21,308 nt of DNA, filler included, from a bacterium (GCA_041690355.1; 2 parts of 2 records of this genome joined end to end with filler, not necessarily neighbours in it); one strand, 5' to 3'; numbered from the whole stretch's first letter, positions 7,884-17,685 are shown. A program made the numbers and translations. Notes: a model not told the origin generated them from the sequence alone.

Positions 7884-9737
7884 ATGAAGCTTCAGACCAG
7901 AATTCTCGCCGGATTTCTCGCCGCCCTGCTGCTGCTCGGCATCCTCCTCACCGTGTCATCGGTTCTCGTGGTGCGCAACCGGCTGACGAGCGAAGGCGAG
8001 CAGCGCAGCCGCGCCTGGGCGCGCGCCCTCGCCAGCCGGGCCGCCGGCGAAGCTGAATCCCATGTGCGCATTCTCGACGGCACCCTGGCCGATCCGGCCA
8101 TCACTTTTGCCGTCTTTCTCGGACCGAATGGCGAGGTGCTGGCGCAGACCGGTTCGCTCGAAGGTGAAGTCCTGCAGCGGTTACAGGCGCGTCCCGAAGA
8201 ACTTTTCCACCACGGGCGCGTCGCGGTCGGCCGAGCCCCCATCTACGACCTGCTGCAGCCCGAATTGATCCGCGCCTGGGCGGTCGTCGGCTTTTCGCTG
8301 ACCGCCTGGGACGACCGCATATCTGAAATGCGCCTGGCCGCCCTGGTGATTCTCGTGCTCGCCCTCACCATATGCGGCCTGCTCGGGGTGCGTCTGCTGC
8401 GCAGGACGTTCGCTCCGCTCGCCGAGCTCGAAACCGTTGCCGTGCGCCTCGCCGGCGGCGATCTATCGGCGCGGCCGAACGCCATGGGCGACGACGAGGC
8501 GGGGCGCATCGGACAGGCCCTCGCCTTCATGGCCGACAATCTCGAGGGGGTCCTGCACGAAGTGCGGGCCACGAGCGATCGCATCATCGGCGAGTCCGAT
8601 CTGGTCGGCCGCGCCGCGCGCGACGTCCTGCAGGGATCTCGCGTGCAGGCCGACGCCAGTGAAGAAACCTCCGTGTCGATGGAGGAGATTGCCGGCCAGC
8701 TGCAGAGCGTCGCCGCGAGTACCGGGCGCCTGCGGCAGAACGTGGCCGAGTCGGCGAGCTCGGTAGAAGAGATGAGCGCGAACATCCGCCAGATTTCGCG
8801 CATCGCCGACGAGCTCGCCGAGAGCGTGCACACCGTGAGCGGACGTTCGGCCGCCATGATCGCCGCCTTTCAGTCCGTGGCCGGCCGCGTCGCCGAGGCC
8901 GAATCGAAAAGCCGGCATGCGGTGGACCAGGCCGATGGCGGCGGCAGCGCCGTCCTTCGTACCGTCGAGCGTATCCGGAGCATGGGCGCCACAATGGAGG
9001 CGATCTCGACCACCGTGGAGGGGTTGGGCAAGCAGGGCGAGAATATCCGCCAGGTCATCGACGTCATCGAGGAGATCGCCGATCAGACGAACCTGCTCGC
9101 ACTGAACGCGGCCATCGAAGCGGCCCGCGCGGGAGATGCCGGCCGCGGCTTTGCCGTCGTCGCCGACGAGATCCGCAAGCTGGCCGAGCGCTCGGTCGGC
9201 GCCACGGAAGAGATTCACCGCATGGTCGGCTCCATCTCGCGCGAGACGCGCGATGCCGCTCAGGCCTCGCATTCGGCGCTGGCCGAGAGCCGTGAAGGGA
9301 TCGCCCTCGCCGACGAAACCGCCGGTGCCATCGATCGCATCCGCGAGAGCGCGCGGGAGACGACGCGCATCATGGGCCACGTGCGCGAGGCCACGGCCGA
9401 GCAGGCCGAGGCCGGACGCCTCGTCACCGAGGCCATGGCCCGCATGAACGAGCTCACGGGGCAGATACACGCGGCCTCGGCCGAGCAGGCCCGCGGCGCC
9501 GCGCAGATCGTGCAGGCGGTCGAAGACATGCTGCACCAGACCGACGAAGTGCTCGTGGCCACCGAGCAGCAGCGGCGCGGCGGCGAGATGGTCATGGCGT
9601 CGATTTCGAACATCGCAGACATCGCCCGCGAGAACCTGCGCCAGATGCAGGACATGAACACGATTGCCGAGGGGCTGATTGTCGAAAGCGACCGCCTGCG
9701 CGAGAAGCTGGCGTTGTTCAAAGTGACGACCGGGTGA
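7884..9737 (+). CDS. Methyl-accepting chemotaxis protein (TM, small periplasmic domain, TM, HAMP, long signalling domain)
   Basis: Two TM helices, HAMP (PLAEL...GDLS...DEAGRIG), and hairpin tip [40 protein letters not shown]. Confidence 0.95.
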   Translation: MKLQTRILAGFLAALLLLGILLTVSSVLVVRNRLTSEGEQRSRAWARALASRAAGEAESHVRILDGTLADPAITFAVFLGPNGEVLAQTGSLEGEVLQRLQARPEELFHHGRVAVGRAPIYDLLQPELIRAWAVVGFSLTAWDDRISEMRLAALVILVLALTICGLLGVRLLRRTFAPLAELETVAVRLAGGDLSARPNAMGDDEAGRIGQALAFMADNLEGVLHEVRATSDRIIGESDLVGRAARDVLQGSRVQADASEETSVSMEEIAGQLQSVAASTGRLRQNVAESASSVEEMSANIRQISRIADELAESVHTVSGRSAAMIAAFQSVAGRVAEAESKSRHAVDQADGGGSAVLRTVERIRSMGATMEAISTTVEGLGKQGENIRQVIDVIEEIADQTNLLALNAAIEAARAGDAGRGFAVVADEIRKLAERSVGATEEIHRMVGSISRETRDAAQASHSALAESREGIALADETAGAIDRIRESARETTRIMGHVREATAEQAEAGRLVTEAMARMNELTGQIHAASAEQARGAAQIVQAVEDMLHQTDEVLVATEQQRRGGEMVMASISNIADIARENLRQMQDMNTIAEGLIVESDRLREKLALFKVTTG

Positions 9738-9765
9738 CGGTTTCTCGTTGCCGGTTTCTACTTGC
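9738..9765 (+). repeat. Degenerate 14-nt (2 x 7) tandem repeat between convergent genes
   Basis: CGGTTTCTCGTTGC CGGTTTCTACTTGC directly after the MCP stop, followed by a partly complementary A/C-rich tract. Confidence 0.55.
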
Positions 9766-9799
9766 AACAAACTGAAATCAGTCTTGTCAAAACAACCCG

Positions 9800-11563
9800 C
9801 TACTCGATCGTCACTTCCCGCTCCTCACCCTTCCGTAGAACTCGCACCACGAACGGTTCCTTCACCCCGCCCCGGCGCAGCAGGTAATCCAGCTCGTAGT
9901 AATTGGCCACGCGGCTCGGCCCGAGTCCGACGACGACATCGCCCGTCTGCAGGCGCCCCTCGGCAAAGGAGCCGGGAGGGATGCGGCCGATCCTGACGCC
10001 GTACTCCGGTGTCGCGTAGTCGGCGAGGATACCCAGTCTGCGCCGGATCAGGCCATCGTGCCCCGCGGCAAGAAGCACCTTGCCGTCCGGCGGAAGATAG
10101 GTGAGCCGATCGGCGTCGGCCGCCCGATCGATCAGATCGCGCGCCATCGCCACGACCGTGAGCGCGCCTTCGACATGGATGAGGTCGGGCGTGTCGGCCG
10201 GCGTATGGTATTCCTTGTGCGAGCCGGTGAAGAAGTGGAGTACGGGAACGCCGTTCACGTAAAAGGGAGTATGATCGCTGGGCCCGATGCCCGCGGGCTT
10301 GCGCAGCACCGACAGCCCCGGCGGCGTAACGTCGCTGACCCACTGGGGAAACTCGGCCGCCGTCCCCAGGCCGAAGAGCGTGAGGCGCGACCCGCGCAGG
10401 CGCCCGATCATGTCGAAGTTGAGCATGGTGTCGATGCGCCCCCACGCCGCCAGTTCCGTCTGCGCAAAGTAGGAGGAACCGACCAGGCCCGACTCCTCGG
10501 CCGAAAAGGCAAGGAAGAGCAGATTCACCGGCGGCTTCGGCCCACGCGCGTACCAGCGCGCGAGTTCCAGCAGACCTGCCGTACCGCTCGCGTTATCATC
10601 TGCGCCGTAGTGAACCCGTTCCGTGCTTCCGGTGACGGAGTAGGGGCCGCCGAATCCCAGGTGGTCGTAATGAGCGCCGATGACGATCGTACGCGCATCG
10701 TCTTCGCCGCGAATCACGCCGCCGACATTGCGCACGGGGAGCACCGTGCGCCGCAGGACCGCGCTGCCCGCCGCCGTCAGGTCGAGAAGGCGCGAGCGCG
10801 GCTTGAAGTCGGCGTCGATGGCATCCTGTTCGGCGCGCAGATCGATTCCTTGTTCCGCAAGCCGCGGCTCGATCACGCTCCGGGCAACATGGTACATCGG
10901 CATCCCGAAGCCATTCCCGGCCATCGGATCGCTCTGGGTGGGCACCAGCTCGTCGCCCCCCGCGGCGCTCTTGGGCCCGGTGACGAGAAGGACGGCGGCT
11001 GCGCCGTGACGCGCGGCGTTGAAGATCTTGTAGCGGAAGGTGGCGTACTCGCTCCACTCGCGACCGTCAAATACGCTGGCAGGGTCGTGCTCCTGCGGCT
11101 CGTAGCGAAGCAGGAGCACCGTCTTACCGCGCACGTCAACGCCGGCGTAATCGTCGTAGCCGTATTCCGGGGCCGAGATCCCGTATCCCGCGAAAACCAC
11201 CGGTGCGGTGAACGCCCCCGGAGACGAGAGCCCGAGCAGTGCAAACTTTCCCGGTTCGATGGAGGTGTTTCCAATCGTCAGCTCCGAGGCCGGAAGCACC
11301 TTCAGGCCTACGGTGGCCGAGAAGTTCTGGAAATAGTCATCGCCGAAAGCCGGGGCCAGCCCCTCGGCACGGAAGGTCGCGGCAATGAATTCCGCGGCAC
11401 GATCAATGCCCTGCGTGGCCAGCCCGCGCCCCTGGTACCCCGGTGAGGCGAGACGAACGACGTCGGCGCGGTACCGTTCGGCAGAAAGGGTTCGCTGATC
11501 GGGGCGCGGCGCGCAGGCGCTCAGCACCCAGGCTACAAGGAGAAAGGCTGTGCGGATGTTCAC
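9800..11563 (-). CDS. M28-family aminopeptidase lipoprotein with PA and C-terminal PDZ domains
   Basis: Lipobox LSAC. PA insert VVFAGYGISAPEYGYDDYAGVDVRGK. Metal ligands GAHYDHLG, GADDNASG, AEESG, NFDMIG, SDH, YHTPAD. PDZ-like tail LGI...GLQTGDVV-type. Confidence 0.92.
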   Translation of the reverse strand: MNIRTAFLLVAWVLSACAPRPDQRTLSAERYRADVVRLASPGYQGRGLATQGIDRAAEFIAATFRAEGLAPAFGDDYFQNFSATVGLKVLPASELTIGNTSIEPGKFALLGLSSPGAFTAPVVFAGYGISAPEYGYDDYAGVDVRGKTVLLLRYEPQEHDPASVFDGREWSEYATFRYKIFNAARHGAAAVLLVTGPKSAAGGDELVPTQSDPMAGNGFGMPMYHVARSVIEPRLAEQGIDLRAEQDAIDADFKPRSRLLDLTAAGSAVLRRTVLPVRNVGGVIRGEDDARTIVIGAHYDHLGFGGPYSVTGSTERVHYGADDNASGTAGLLELARWYARGPKPPVNLLFLAFSAEESGLVGSSYFAQTELAAWGRIDTMLNFDMIGRLRGSRLTLFGLGTAAEFPQWVSDVTPPGLSVLRKPAGIGPSDHTPFYVNGVPVLHFFTGSHKEYHTPADTPDLIHVEGALTVVAMARDLIDRAADADRLTYLPPDGKVLLAAGHDGLIRRRLGILADYATPEYGVRIGRIPPGSFAEGRLQTGDVVVGLGPSRVANYYELDYLLRRGGVKEPFVVRVLRKGEEREVTIE

Positions 11564-11676
11564 GGTCGTTCAGGTTACCACGCGCGCCTGGTCCCCCGCA
11601 GCCCGCGCCTGCCCCAAAGCGGCCCTCCGCGCCTCCGCGGCAACCCCGGATTCCGGAACAATCCCGCGATGGGAAC

Positions 11677-12024
11677 TCAGGCCGGTCGCGGCGCGGACGT
11701 GCGGGGCGTCGACATTGCCCACAACGCGAAGAGACTCACGGCGAGCCCCAGGATGATCACGTTCCACACCGCCGTGCGGCTTTCGAATCGCAACACGAAC
11801 GGCGAGATGATCAGCCAGATGCCGATGGCGAAGTTGGTCCACTCTTCCCATCGCCGGGGCACGAACAGCGCCAGGGCTGCAAAGAGGGCCACGCCGATGC
11901 CGAAGATGTAGGAGTTCCACGTCCCCGGTCCGCCGGTCGCGTACTGCAGAATCCAGGGAGAGAAGAAGAGCCAGGCGCCCAGAATCAGGTTGACCCAGTC
12001 TTGCCAGCGTTGACGTTCCCGCAT
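11677..12024 (-). CDS. SPW-repeat membrane protein (115 aa)
   Basis: WQDWVNLILGAWLFFSPW...WN and WEEWTNFAIGIWLIISPF...WN repeats; SD GGAGG before ATG 12024. Confidence 0.9.
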   Translation of the reverse strand: MRERQRWQDWVNLILGAWLFFSPWILQYATGGPGTWNSYIFGIGVALFAALALFVPRRWEEWTNFAIGIWLIISPFVLRFESRTAVWNVIILGLAVSLFALWAMSTPRTSAPRPA

Positions 12025-12124
12025 GATGACCTCCTGCGCTCGCCGCCCGGGCAGGATACCCGGCAGCATATCTACGCAGGATGTTGCGCCGGAATTCAGG
12101 GATGCGTCCAGCCCTGGCGTCCGC

Positions 12125-12685
12125 TCAGCCGGCGCTCCCGAGAACGCTGCGCACCGATTCGGCCCGAGCCTCGAATTCATCGGCCGCCACGGCCGGCAGG
12201 ACCTCGTCGACCGAAATGACTTCCCTGAGATCGACCCACGAGACGCACCCTGCATAGGATGGGTGCTCGGGGTGCATGACGGGCTTCGCGAGAATCCACG
12301 CGCGGATGAGCAGCACGTGCAATCCCGGATTGCGGTACGCGAACCGGCTGTCGAGGGTCGATTCCGAGAGCGCATGCTCAGGCAGACTCCGCAGGCGCCC
12401 CCGATCGGCAACCCACCAGTCGGCGACGATCTCGCCGGCGACGGCAAACGTGACGGGCGGCTGCGCGACGACCCGGCTCTGCGCCCGTTGGCCCACCGCG
12501 TTGAGCGCGGCGGGCGCCTGATGAAAGGCGGTGGGATAGAAAAGGAAACGCCGGTGAGGATCGTCGAAGACATCCGGCGTTTCGTAGAGCCCCCCTTTGC
12601 GCAGCAGAATCAGGGACTCGCCCATGCGGAGCGATTCCACCACGGCCGCCCACTCCTTCAGCGCGACTGGAAAACGGACCGCCAT
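12125..12685 (-). CDS. DUF1802-family protein
   Basis: ALKEWAAVVESL..GE..ILLRKGG..E, FLFYPT.FHQ, Y.GCVSWV; starts 5 nt after the argJ stop. Confidence 0.85.
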   Translation of the reverse strand: MAVRFPVALKEWAAVVESLRMGESLILLRKGGLYETPDVFDDPHRRFLFYPTAFHQAPAALNAVGQRAQSRVVAQPPVTFAVAGEIVADWWVADRGRLRSLPEHALSESTLDSRFAYRNPGLHVLLIRAWILAKPVMHPEHPSYAGCVSWVDLREVISVDEVLPAVAADEFEARAESVRSVLGSAG

Positions 12686-12690
12686 GGGGC

Positions 12691-13902
12691 TCAGGAGCGA
12701 TAGCTGCCGTTGATCCGCACGTATTCGTGCCCGAGATCCGAGCTGTAGAGAAAGGTCGAAGAACGTCCCGCATGCAGGTGGACCCGCACCGTGAACGCCG
12801 GTTTCCGGAGCACGGCGGTCGCGCGCGCTTCCCGGTTCGGCTCGGCCACGGCAATGCCGTTGCGCACGACGGCCACGTCGTCGAAGTCGATGTCGACCTT
12901 GGCCTGGTCGAACTTCACGCCGGCCGCGCCGGCCGCGCCGATGATGCGCCCCCAGTTGGCGTCTTCGCCGAACCAGGCCGTCTTCACCAGCGGCGAGTTG
13001 CCGATCTGCCGTGCCACGCGCACGGCATCCCGCTCAGAACGCGCGCCGAGAACTTCGATACGGGCGCACTTGGTGGCCCCTTCGCCGTCGACGACCATGC
13101 TGCGGGCCAGGTGATCGAACATGCCGGTGAGCGACTCGAGAAAGGCCTTGTAGCGCCGGGTTCCGGCATCCACCCGTTCGTTGCCGGCCAGGCCGCTCGC
13201 GAGCATGAGCACGGTGTCGTTCGTGCTCATGTCGCCGTCGACCGTCACCGAATTGAACGTCGGCTTCACGGCGGTCTTGAGCGCGGCCTGCAGGGCCGGC
13301 CGCCCGATGACGGCGTCGGTCATGACGAAGACGAGCATGGTCGCCATGTTGGGCGAGATCATACCGGCCCCCTTGCCGAAGGCCGCGATGCGGATCGTCT
13401 CCTTGCCCAGGGTGATCGTGTCGTAGGCGGTCTTCGTATACCGATCGGTCGTGAGGATGCTGCCCGCCGCGTCGGGCATGCCGTTCTCGCGCAGGCTCGC
13501 GACGAGGCCCGGGACGGCCGCGACCATTCTATCGACGGGCAGCTGTTCGCCGATGACGCCGGTCGAGGCCGTCAGCACCTCGGCCGGATCGCAGTCGAGG
13601 CGCGCCGCCAGGGTGCGCGAGAGCACCTCGACGTTGCGCACGCCGGCCGCTCCGGTGGCGGCGTTGGCGTTTCCGGAATTGACCAGGATCGCGCGCGCGC
13701 GCCCGCTGCGCAGGCGCTTGGCGTTCACGAGCACCGGGGCGGCCTTGACCTGATTGGTCGTGGCGACGCCGGCCGCGACGCACGGCGCGTCGGCGACAAT
13801 CAGCCCCATGTCGAGCTTGCCGGTCTTCTTGATGCCGGCGGCGAGGCCGGTTGCGCGAAAGCCGGGTACGCCCCGGGCCAGCGCCTCGAGTTCAATGTCC
13901 AT
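12691..13902 (-). CDS. argJ: Bifunctional ornithine acetyltransferase / N-acetylglutamate synthase
   Basis: NSGNANAATG, STGVIG, ILTTD, KGAGMISPNMATML (autoproteolysis site), DGDMSTNDT, DGEGATK, SPLVKTA..GEDANWGRI, DL.HEYVRIN..YRS. Confidence 0.97.
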   Translation of the reverse strand: MDIELEALARGVPGFRATGLAAGIKKTGKLDMGLIVADAPCVAAGVATTNQVKAAPVLVNAKRLRSGRARAILVNSGNANAATGAAGVRNVEVLSRTLAARLDCDPAEVLTASTGVIGEQLPVDRMVAAVPGLVASLRENGMPDAAGSILTTDRYTKTAYDTITLGKETIRIAAFGKGAGMISPNMATMLVFVMTDAVIGRPALQAALKTAVKPTFNSVTVDGDMSTNDTVLMLASGLAGNERVDAGTRRYKAFLESLTGMFDHLARSMVVDGEGATKCARIEVLGARSERDAVRVARQIGNSPLVKTAWFGEDANWGRIIGAAGAAGVKFDQAKVDIDFDDVAVVRNGIAVAEPNREARATAVLRKPAFTVRVHLHAGRSSTFLYSSDLGHEYVRINGSYRS

Positions 13903-13980
13903 TGGCGGTCTCGGAAAAAAGGATCACGGTACACTGCCGGAGCGGCCGGCGCAATGGCGCCCGGGGCTCCGGACCGGACC

Positions 13981-14014
13981 AAAAAAAGGCCGCCCCCGGT
14001 TGGAGGGCGGCCTT
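13981..14014 (-). terminator. Intrinsic terminator after rplL
   Basis: Minus strand AAGGCCGCCC-loop-GGGCGGCC followed by T7. Confidence 0.9.
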
Positions 14015-14036
14015 GGAAACGCGAACCGGAAGAAGG

Positions 14037-14414
14037 TTACTTGAGTTCGACCTTCGCGCCGGCTTCTTCGAGCTTCTTCTTGATGTTGTTGGCGTCGTCC
14101 TTGCTGACGGCTTCCTTGACGGGCTTCGGAGCGCCGTCGACCATTTCCTTGGCTTCTTTCAGGCCCAGGCCGGTGACTTCGCGGACCGCCTTGATGACGT
14201 TGATCTTGTTGGCGCCGGCGTCGGCGAGGATCACGTCGAATTCGGTCTTTTCTTCGGCCGGGGCACCGCCGGCAGCGGCGCCCGGAGCGGCGGCGACAGC
14301 CACCGGAGCGGCGGCGCTCACGCCCCACTTTTCTTCGAGAAGCTTGCTCAGTTCGGCCGCCTCGAGGACGGACAGGCTGCTGAGCTGGTCAACGAGTGCG
14401 TTCAGATCTGCCAT
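14037..14414 (-). CDS. rplL: 50S ribosomal protein bL12 (L7/L12)
   Basis: [52 protein letters not shown]. Confidence 0.99.
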   Translation of the reverse strand: MADLNALVDQLSSLSVLEAAELSKLLEEKWGVSAAAPVAVAAAPGAAAGGAPAEEKTEFDVILADAGANKINVIKAVREVTGLGLKEAKEMVDGAPKPVKEAVSKDDANNIKKKLEEAGAKVELK

Positions 14415-14520
14415 TTTTCAATCTCCAACTTTGGTCTGTTCCCCATGACGGGGTAATTCGTAACAACGGATGTTAGTCTGCGAACGCGCCGACCCCGCCC
14501 GGGGCCAGGCACGTGAATGG

Positions 14521-15036
14521 TCATGCCTGCTTGTCGGCGTAGGCCTTGAGCACGCGGGCCACCTGGGCGCCCGGCGCCTGGAGCACCCCGACGATACGGG
14601 CGGCGGGCTGCTGAAGCATCCCGGCCAGCATCGCGCGAAGCTGGTCCAGACTCGGCAGATCTGCCAGAGCCTCGACGTCCTTGGCCGTGAGCTTGCGCCC
14701 GGCCATGGCCCCGCCACGGATCTGGAGCTTTTCGGCGTCCTTGGCGAAGTTCTTCAGCGCCTTGGCAACCGCCGCGATGTCGTCCTTGCCGATGACCACC
14801 GCAGTGGTCCCCGAAAAGAAGTCGACAAGCGACGCATACTCGGTGCCCTCGACGGCCCGCTCGAGCAAGGTGTTCTTGACCACCTTGAACGAACCGCCCG
14901 CCTTGCGCACGTCGGCGCGGAGCTTCGTCATCTGTTCGACGGTCAGCCCCCGATAGTCCGTGACGAAAATCCCGCCGGCGTCCTTGATGACGGCCGACAT
15001 TTCAGTCACGACCTGTTCTTTTTCCTGTCGGTTCAA
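14521..15036 (-). CDS. rplJ: 50S ribosomal protein uL10
   Basis: DYRGLTV, VVKNTL, LADLPS. Likely TTG start at 15036 (MNRQEKEQVV; GGTGA 5 nt upstream); ATG 15048 is an alternative. Confidence 0.96.
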   Translation of the reverse strand: MNRQEKEQVVTEMSAVIKDAGGIFVTDYRGLTVEQMTKLRADVRKAGGSFKVVKNTLLERAVEGTEYASLVDFFSGTTAVVIGKDDIAAVAKALKNFAKDAEKLQIRGGAMAGRKLTAKDVEALADLPSLDQLRAMLAGMLQQPAARIVGVLQAPGAQVARVLKAYADKQA

Positions 15037-15173
15037 CGAATTCACCATCCTCTCTCGGCTCGGTGTAGGGTAACCCGCTCCCGAAGGAACGGATCCGCGC
15101 CTGACAGCCCGGATCAGGCGCGCGGGTCCCCACAACCGAGTCGAGTCAGGCTTGCTTCCGCCGAAGCGGATCA

Positions 15174-15229
15174 GTCTCGGCGGGAAATTAAGTTCCGATT
15201 CAGCAACCGGAACACCCGCTGTCTTGGAC
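15174..15229 (-). ncRNA. L10 leader (rplJL autoregulatory RNA)
   Basis: Minus strand GTCCAAGACAGCGGGTGTTCCG...CGGAACTTAATTTCCCGCCGAGAC matches the AAGAC-GYRGG...UUAA...CCYRC-GAG pattern, in the expected position before rplJ. Confidence 0.85.
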
Positions 15230-15324
15230 TCAAGCCGTGGGGTTCTGCTTTGCGGCTGAAGCCGCTCGGCAGACGAACTTCTGCGAACCGGCGATCGCCC
15301 CCGCGGCGTCGCCGGCCGAAATCA

Positions 15325-16035
15325 TCAGCCCTTGCGGGCGAGCGACTGCAGATCAGCCGTATCGAGCGGTATGCCCGGGCTCATCGTGCTGGTCAGCGTG
15401 GCGCCCTTCATATAGACGCCCTTGGCCGTCTGCGGCTTCGCGCGCACGATGGCGTCGATGATGGCGACGCCGTTGTCACGGAGCTTGTCGAAGTCGAAGG
15501 TGACCTTGCCGAAGGCGACGTGCAGATTACCGGTCTTGTCGACACGATACTCCACCTTACCCGCCTTGGCTTCCTGGACCGCCTTGGCAACATCGAACGT
15601 GACCGTGCCGGTCTTCGGGTTCGGCATCAGGCCGCGGGGTCCGAGAACCTTACCGATCTTACCGACCGCACCCATCATGTCGGGCGTCGCAATGGCCGTA
15701 TCGAACTCGAGCCAGCCGCCGCGGATCTTCTCGACCAGGTCGTCGCCGCCGACGATGTCGGCCCCGGCGTCCTGAGCTTCTTTTTCCTTCTCGCCCTTGG
15801 CGAAAACGGCGACGCGGATCGTCTTGCCCAGACCGTGCGGCAGCACGATGGCGCCGCGAACCATCTGGTCGGCCTTGGCCGGATCGACGCCCAGGCGAAA
15901 GCTCAGCTGAGCCGTCCCCTTGAACTTCGCGTAGCTGACTTCGGGAAGAAGCTTGAGGGCTTCGTCGAAGGAATACCGCTTGTTGCGGTCGATGCGGGCA
16001 GAGGCTGCCGCATATTTCTTGCCAGTCTTCGGCAT
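15325..16035 (-). CDS. rplA: 50S ribosomal protein uL1
   Basis: [47 protein letters not shown]. Confidence 0.99.
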   Translation of the reverse strand: MPKTGKKYAAASARIDRNKRYSFDEALKLLPEVSYAKFKGTAQLSFRLGVDPAKADQMVRGAIVLPHGLGKTIRVAVFAKGEKEKEAQDAGADIVGGDDLVEKIRGGWLEFDTAIATPDMMGAVGKIGKVLGPRGLMPNPKTGTVTFDVAKAVQEAKAGKVEYRVDKTGNLHVAFGKVTFDFDKLRDNGVAIIDAIVRAKPQTAKGVYMKGATLTSTMSPGIPLDTADLQSLARKG

Positions 16036-16079
16036 GATTCGACTCCTGATTTCCTGGAGGAAATCCGTCTCCTACCCGA

Positions 16080-16129
16080 TGAAAATTGCGGAAGCCTCGC
16101 CGGGGTAGTGGCGGCGAGGCTTCTCCTCA
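16080..16129 (-). promoter_or_regulatory. Possible L1-binding mRNA structure between rplK and rplA
   Basis: Perfect 12-bp stem (16091-16102/16112-16123) extended by UGAG/UUCA across an asymmetric GA / CGCAAUU internal loop, similar in geometry to L1 operators. Confidence 0.45.
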
Positions 16130-16135
16130 AATCGT

Positions 16136-16561
16136 TCAGCCGACGACTTCGACGCCCATCGAGCGGGCCGAGCCTTCGACGATGCGCACGGCGGCGTCGA
16201 CGTCGTAGCAGTTGAGGTCGGGAAGCTTGAGCTTCGCGATCTCGGCAACCTGCTCCTTGGTCACGGTGCCCACCTTGTTCTTGTTCGGCTCCGACGAGCC
16301 CTTGTCGATCTTGGCGGCCTTCTTCAGAAGAGCCGAGACCGGCGGGGTCTTCGTGATGAAGCTGAAGGAGCGGTCGGCATACACGGTGATGATGACCGGA
16401 ATGATCATCCCCTCCTGGTTGGCCGTCCGGGCGTTGTACTCCTTGCAGAACTGCATGATGTTCACGCCATGCTGACCGAGCGCCGGACCTACCGGCGGGC
16501 TCGGGGTCGCTTTCGCGGCCGCGATCGCGAGCTTGATCTGGCCGACAACTTTCTTTGCCAT
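16136..16561 (-). CDS. rplK: 50S ribosomal protein uL11
   Basis: [51 protein letters not shown]. Confidence 0.99.
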   Translation of the reverse strand: MAKKVVGQIKLAIAAAKATPSPPVGPALGQHGVNIMQFCKEYNARTANQEGMIIPVIITVYADRSFSFITKTPPVSALLKKAAKIDKGSSEPNKNKVGTVTKEQVAEIAKLKLPDLNCYDVDAAVRIVEGSARSMGVEVVG

Positions 16562-16599
16562 GATTCCGAACCACTTTCCGGGCCCCGGGGGCCCTCAGA

Positions 16600-17142
16600 T
16601 CAAACGGTGCGCTCGACCTGCGTAAAGTCGAGCTCGACGGGTGTGCTGCGGCCGAAAATGCTCACCAGCACCCGAACCTTGCCCTTTTCCTGATTGACTT
16701 CTTCGACCACGCCGTTGAAGTTGGCGAACGGGCCTTCGATGACCTTGACGTTCTCACCTTCTTCGATGTCGATCTTCACCTTGGGCTTCATCGTGCCCTC
16801 GGTAATCTGCTGATGGATGCGCTCGACCTCGCGGTCGGGCACCGGCGTGGGCTTGTTGCCCCCCAGAAATCCGGTTACACGCGGAATGTCCTTGATGACG
16901 TGCCAGATATTGTCCCGATCGGGACCATCCAGCTCGGCACGCACAAAGACATAGCCGGGAAAAAACTTCTGCTTGACGTTACGTTTGACGCCCTTGACGA
17001 CCTGGACTTCTTCCTGGGCGGGCACGAGCACGTCGGTGACCTTCTCCTCGAGACCGAGCTGCTTGATGGTCTCCTGCAGATGAAGGCGCACCTTGTTCTC
17101 AAAGCCGCTGTACGTATGTACGATATACCAGCGCAGTGCCAT
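16600..17142 (-). CDS. nusG: Transcription termination/antitermination factor NusG
   Basis: WYIVHTYSGFENKV, FFPGYV, VTGFLG, KOW motif GPFANFNG...VSIFGRSTPVEL. Confidence 0.99.
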   Translation of the reverse strand: MALRWYIVHTYSGFENKVRLHLQETIKQLGLEEKVTDVLVPAQEEVQVVKGVKRNVKQKFFPGYVFVRAELDGPDRDNIWHVIKDIPRVTGFLGGNKPTPVPDREVERIHQQITEGTMKPKVKIDIEEGENVKVIEGPFANFNGVVEEVNQEKGKVRVLVSIFGRSTPVELDFTQVERTV

Positions 17143-17149
17143 GCCGTCC

Positions 17150-17350
17150 TCAGCCGAGAATCTTTCCGAAGAGCCAGCTCACGAGGGCGTCGACGCCGAA
17201 CAGATAGAGGGCGACGACGATCGTGAACACGATGACGACCAGCGTCGACGCGGCAGTCTGCCGGGAGCCGGGCCAGGTCACCTTCTTCATTTCGGAAGCA
17301 ACGTCGCTCAGGAACTCCGTGCTTTTCTCAACCGGTGATGCCATATTCAT
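17150..17350 (-). CDS. secE: Preprotein translocase subunit SecE (single TM)
   Basis: FLSDVASEMKKVTWP plus one TM helix, between tRNA-Trp and nusG; start at 17350 or 17344. Confidence 0.96.
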   Translation of the reverse strand: MNMASPVEKSTEFLSDVASEMKKVTWPGSRQTAASTLVVIVFTIVVALYLFGVDALVSWLFGKILG

Positions 17351-17378
17351 CTCTGTTCTGGCGTTGTCGCCTGATAAA

Positions 17379-17454
17379 TGGCAGGCCAGGAGGGATTCGA
17401 ACCCACAACCCGCGGATTTGGAGACCGCTGCTCTGCCGTTGGAGCTACTGGCCT
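17379..17454 (-). tRNA. tRNA-Trp (CCA)
   Basis: 76-nt cloverleaf AGGCCAG...anticodon loop CTCCAAA...GGTTCGAATCC...CTGGCCTGCCA with encoded CCA end. Confidence 0.98.
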
Positions 17455-17519
17455 GTAATACCTAAACGATCCGGGCGTGCGCTGCGACCGCGGTGCGAGC
17501 CGCGGCGGCAGTACGCGCC

Positions 17520-17672
17520 TCAGACCTTGCCTTCCTTGTGCGGAGTATGGTTCCGGCAGAAGGGGCAGAACTTCTTGATTTCGAGTTTTTCCTTGGCCAG
17601 CTTCTTGTTCCGCGTCGTGTTATAGTTCCGACGCTTGCAGACGCCACAGGCCAGGCTGACGATATCGCGCAT
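17520..17672 (-). CDS. rpmG: 50S ribosomal protein bL33, zinc-binding (C+) type
   Basis: [50 protein letters not shown] (50 aa, below the ORF-track cutoff), with two CxxC motifs. Confidence 0.97.
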   Translation of the reverse strand: MRDIVSLACGVCKRRNYNTTRNKKLAKEKLEIKKFCPFCRNHTPHKEGKV

Positions 17673-17685
17673 AAAAAAGTACCAG

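Noticed and set aside
12025-12573. Long N-terminal extension of the SPW ORF
   Set aside because: Out-of-frame overlap with DUF1802; a good SD supports ATG 12024.
17410-17428. U-U mismatch at the base of the tRNA-Trp anticodon stem as a sign of recoding
   Set aside because: The anticodon is standard CCA and TGA is used as a stop throughout; such mismatches occur in normal tRNAs.
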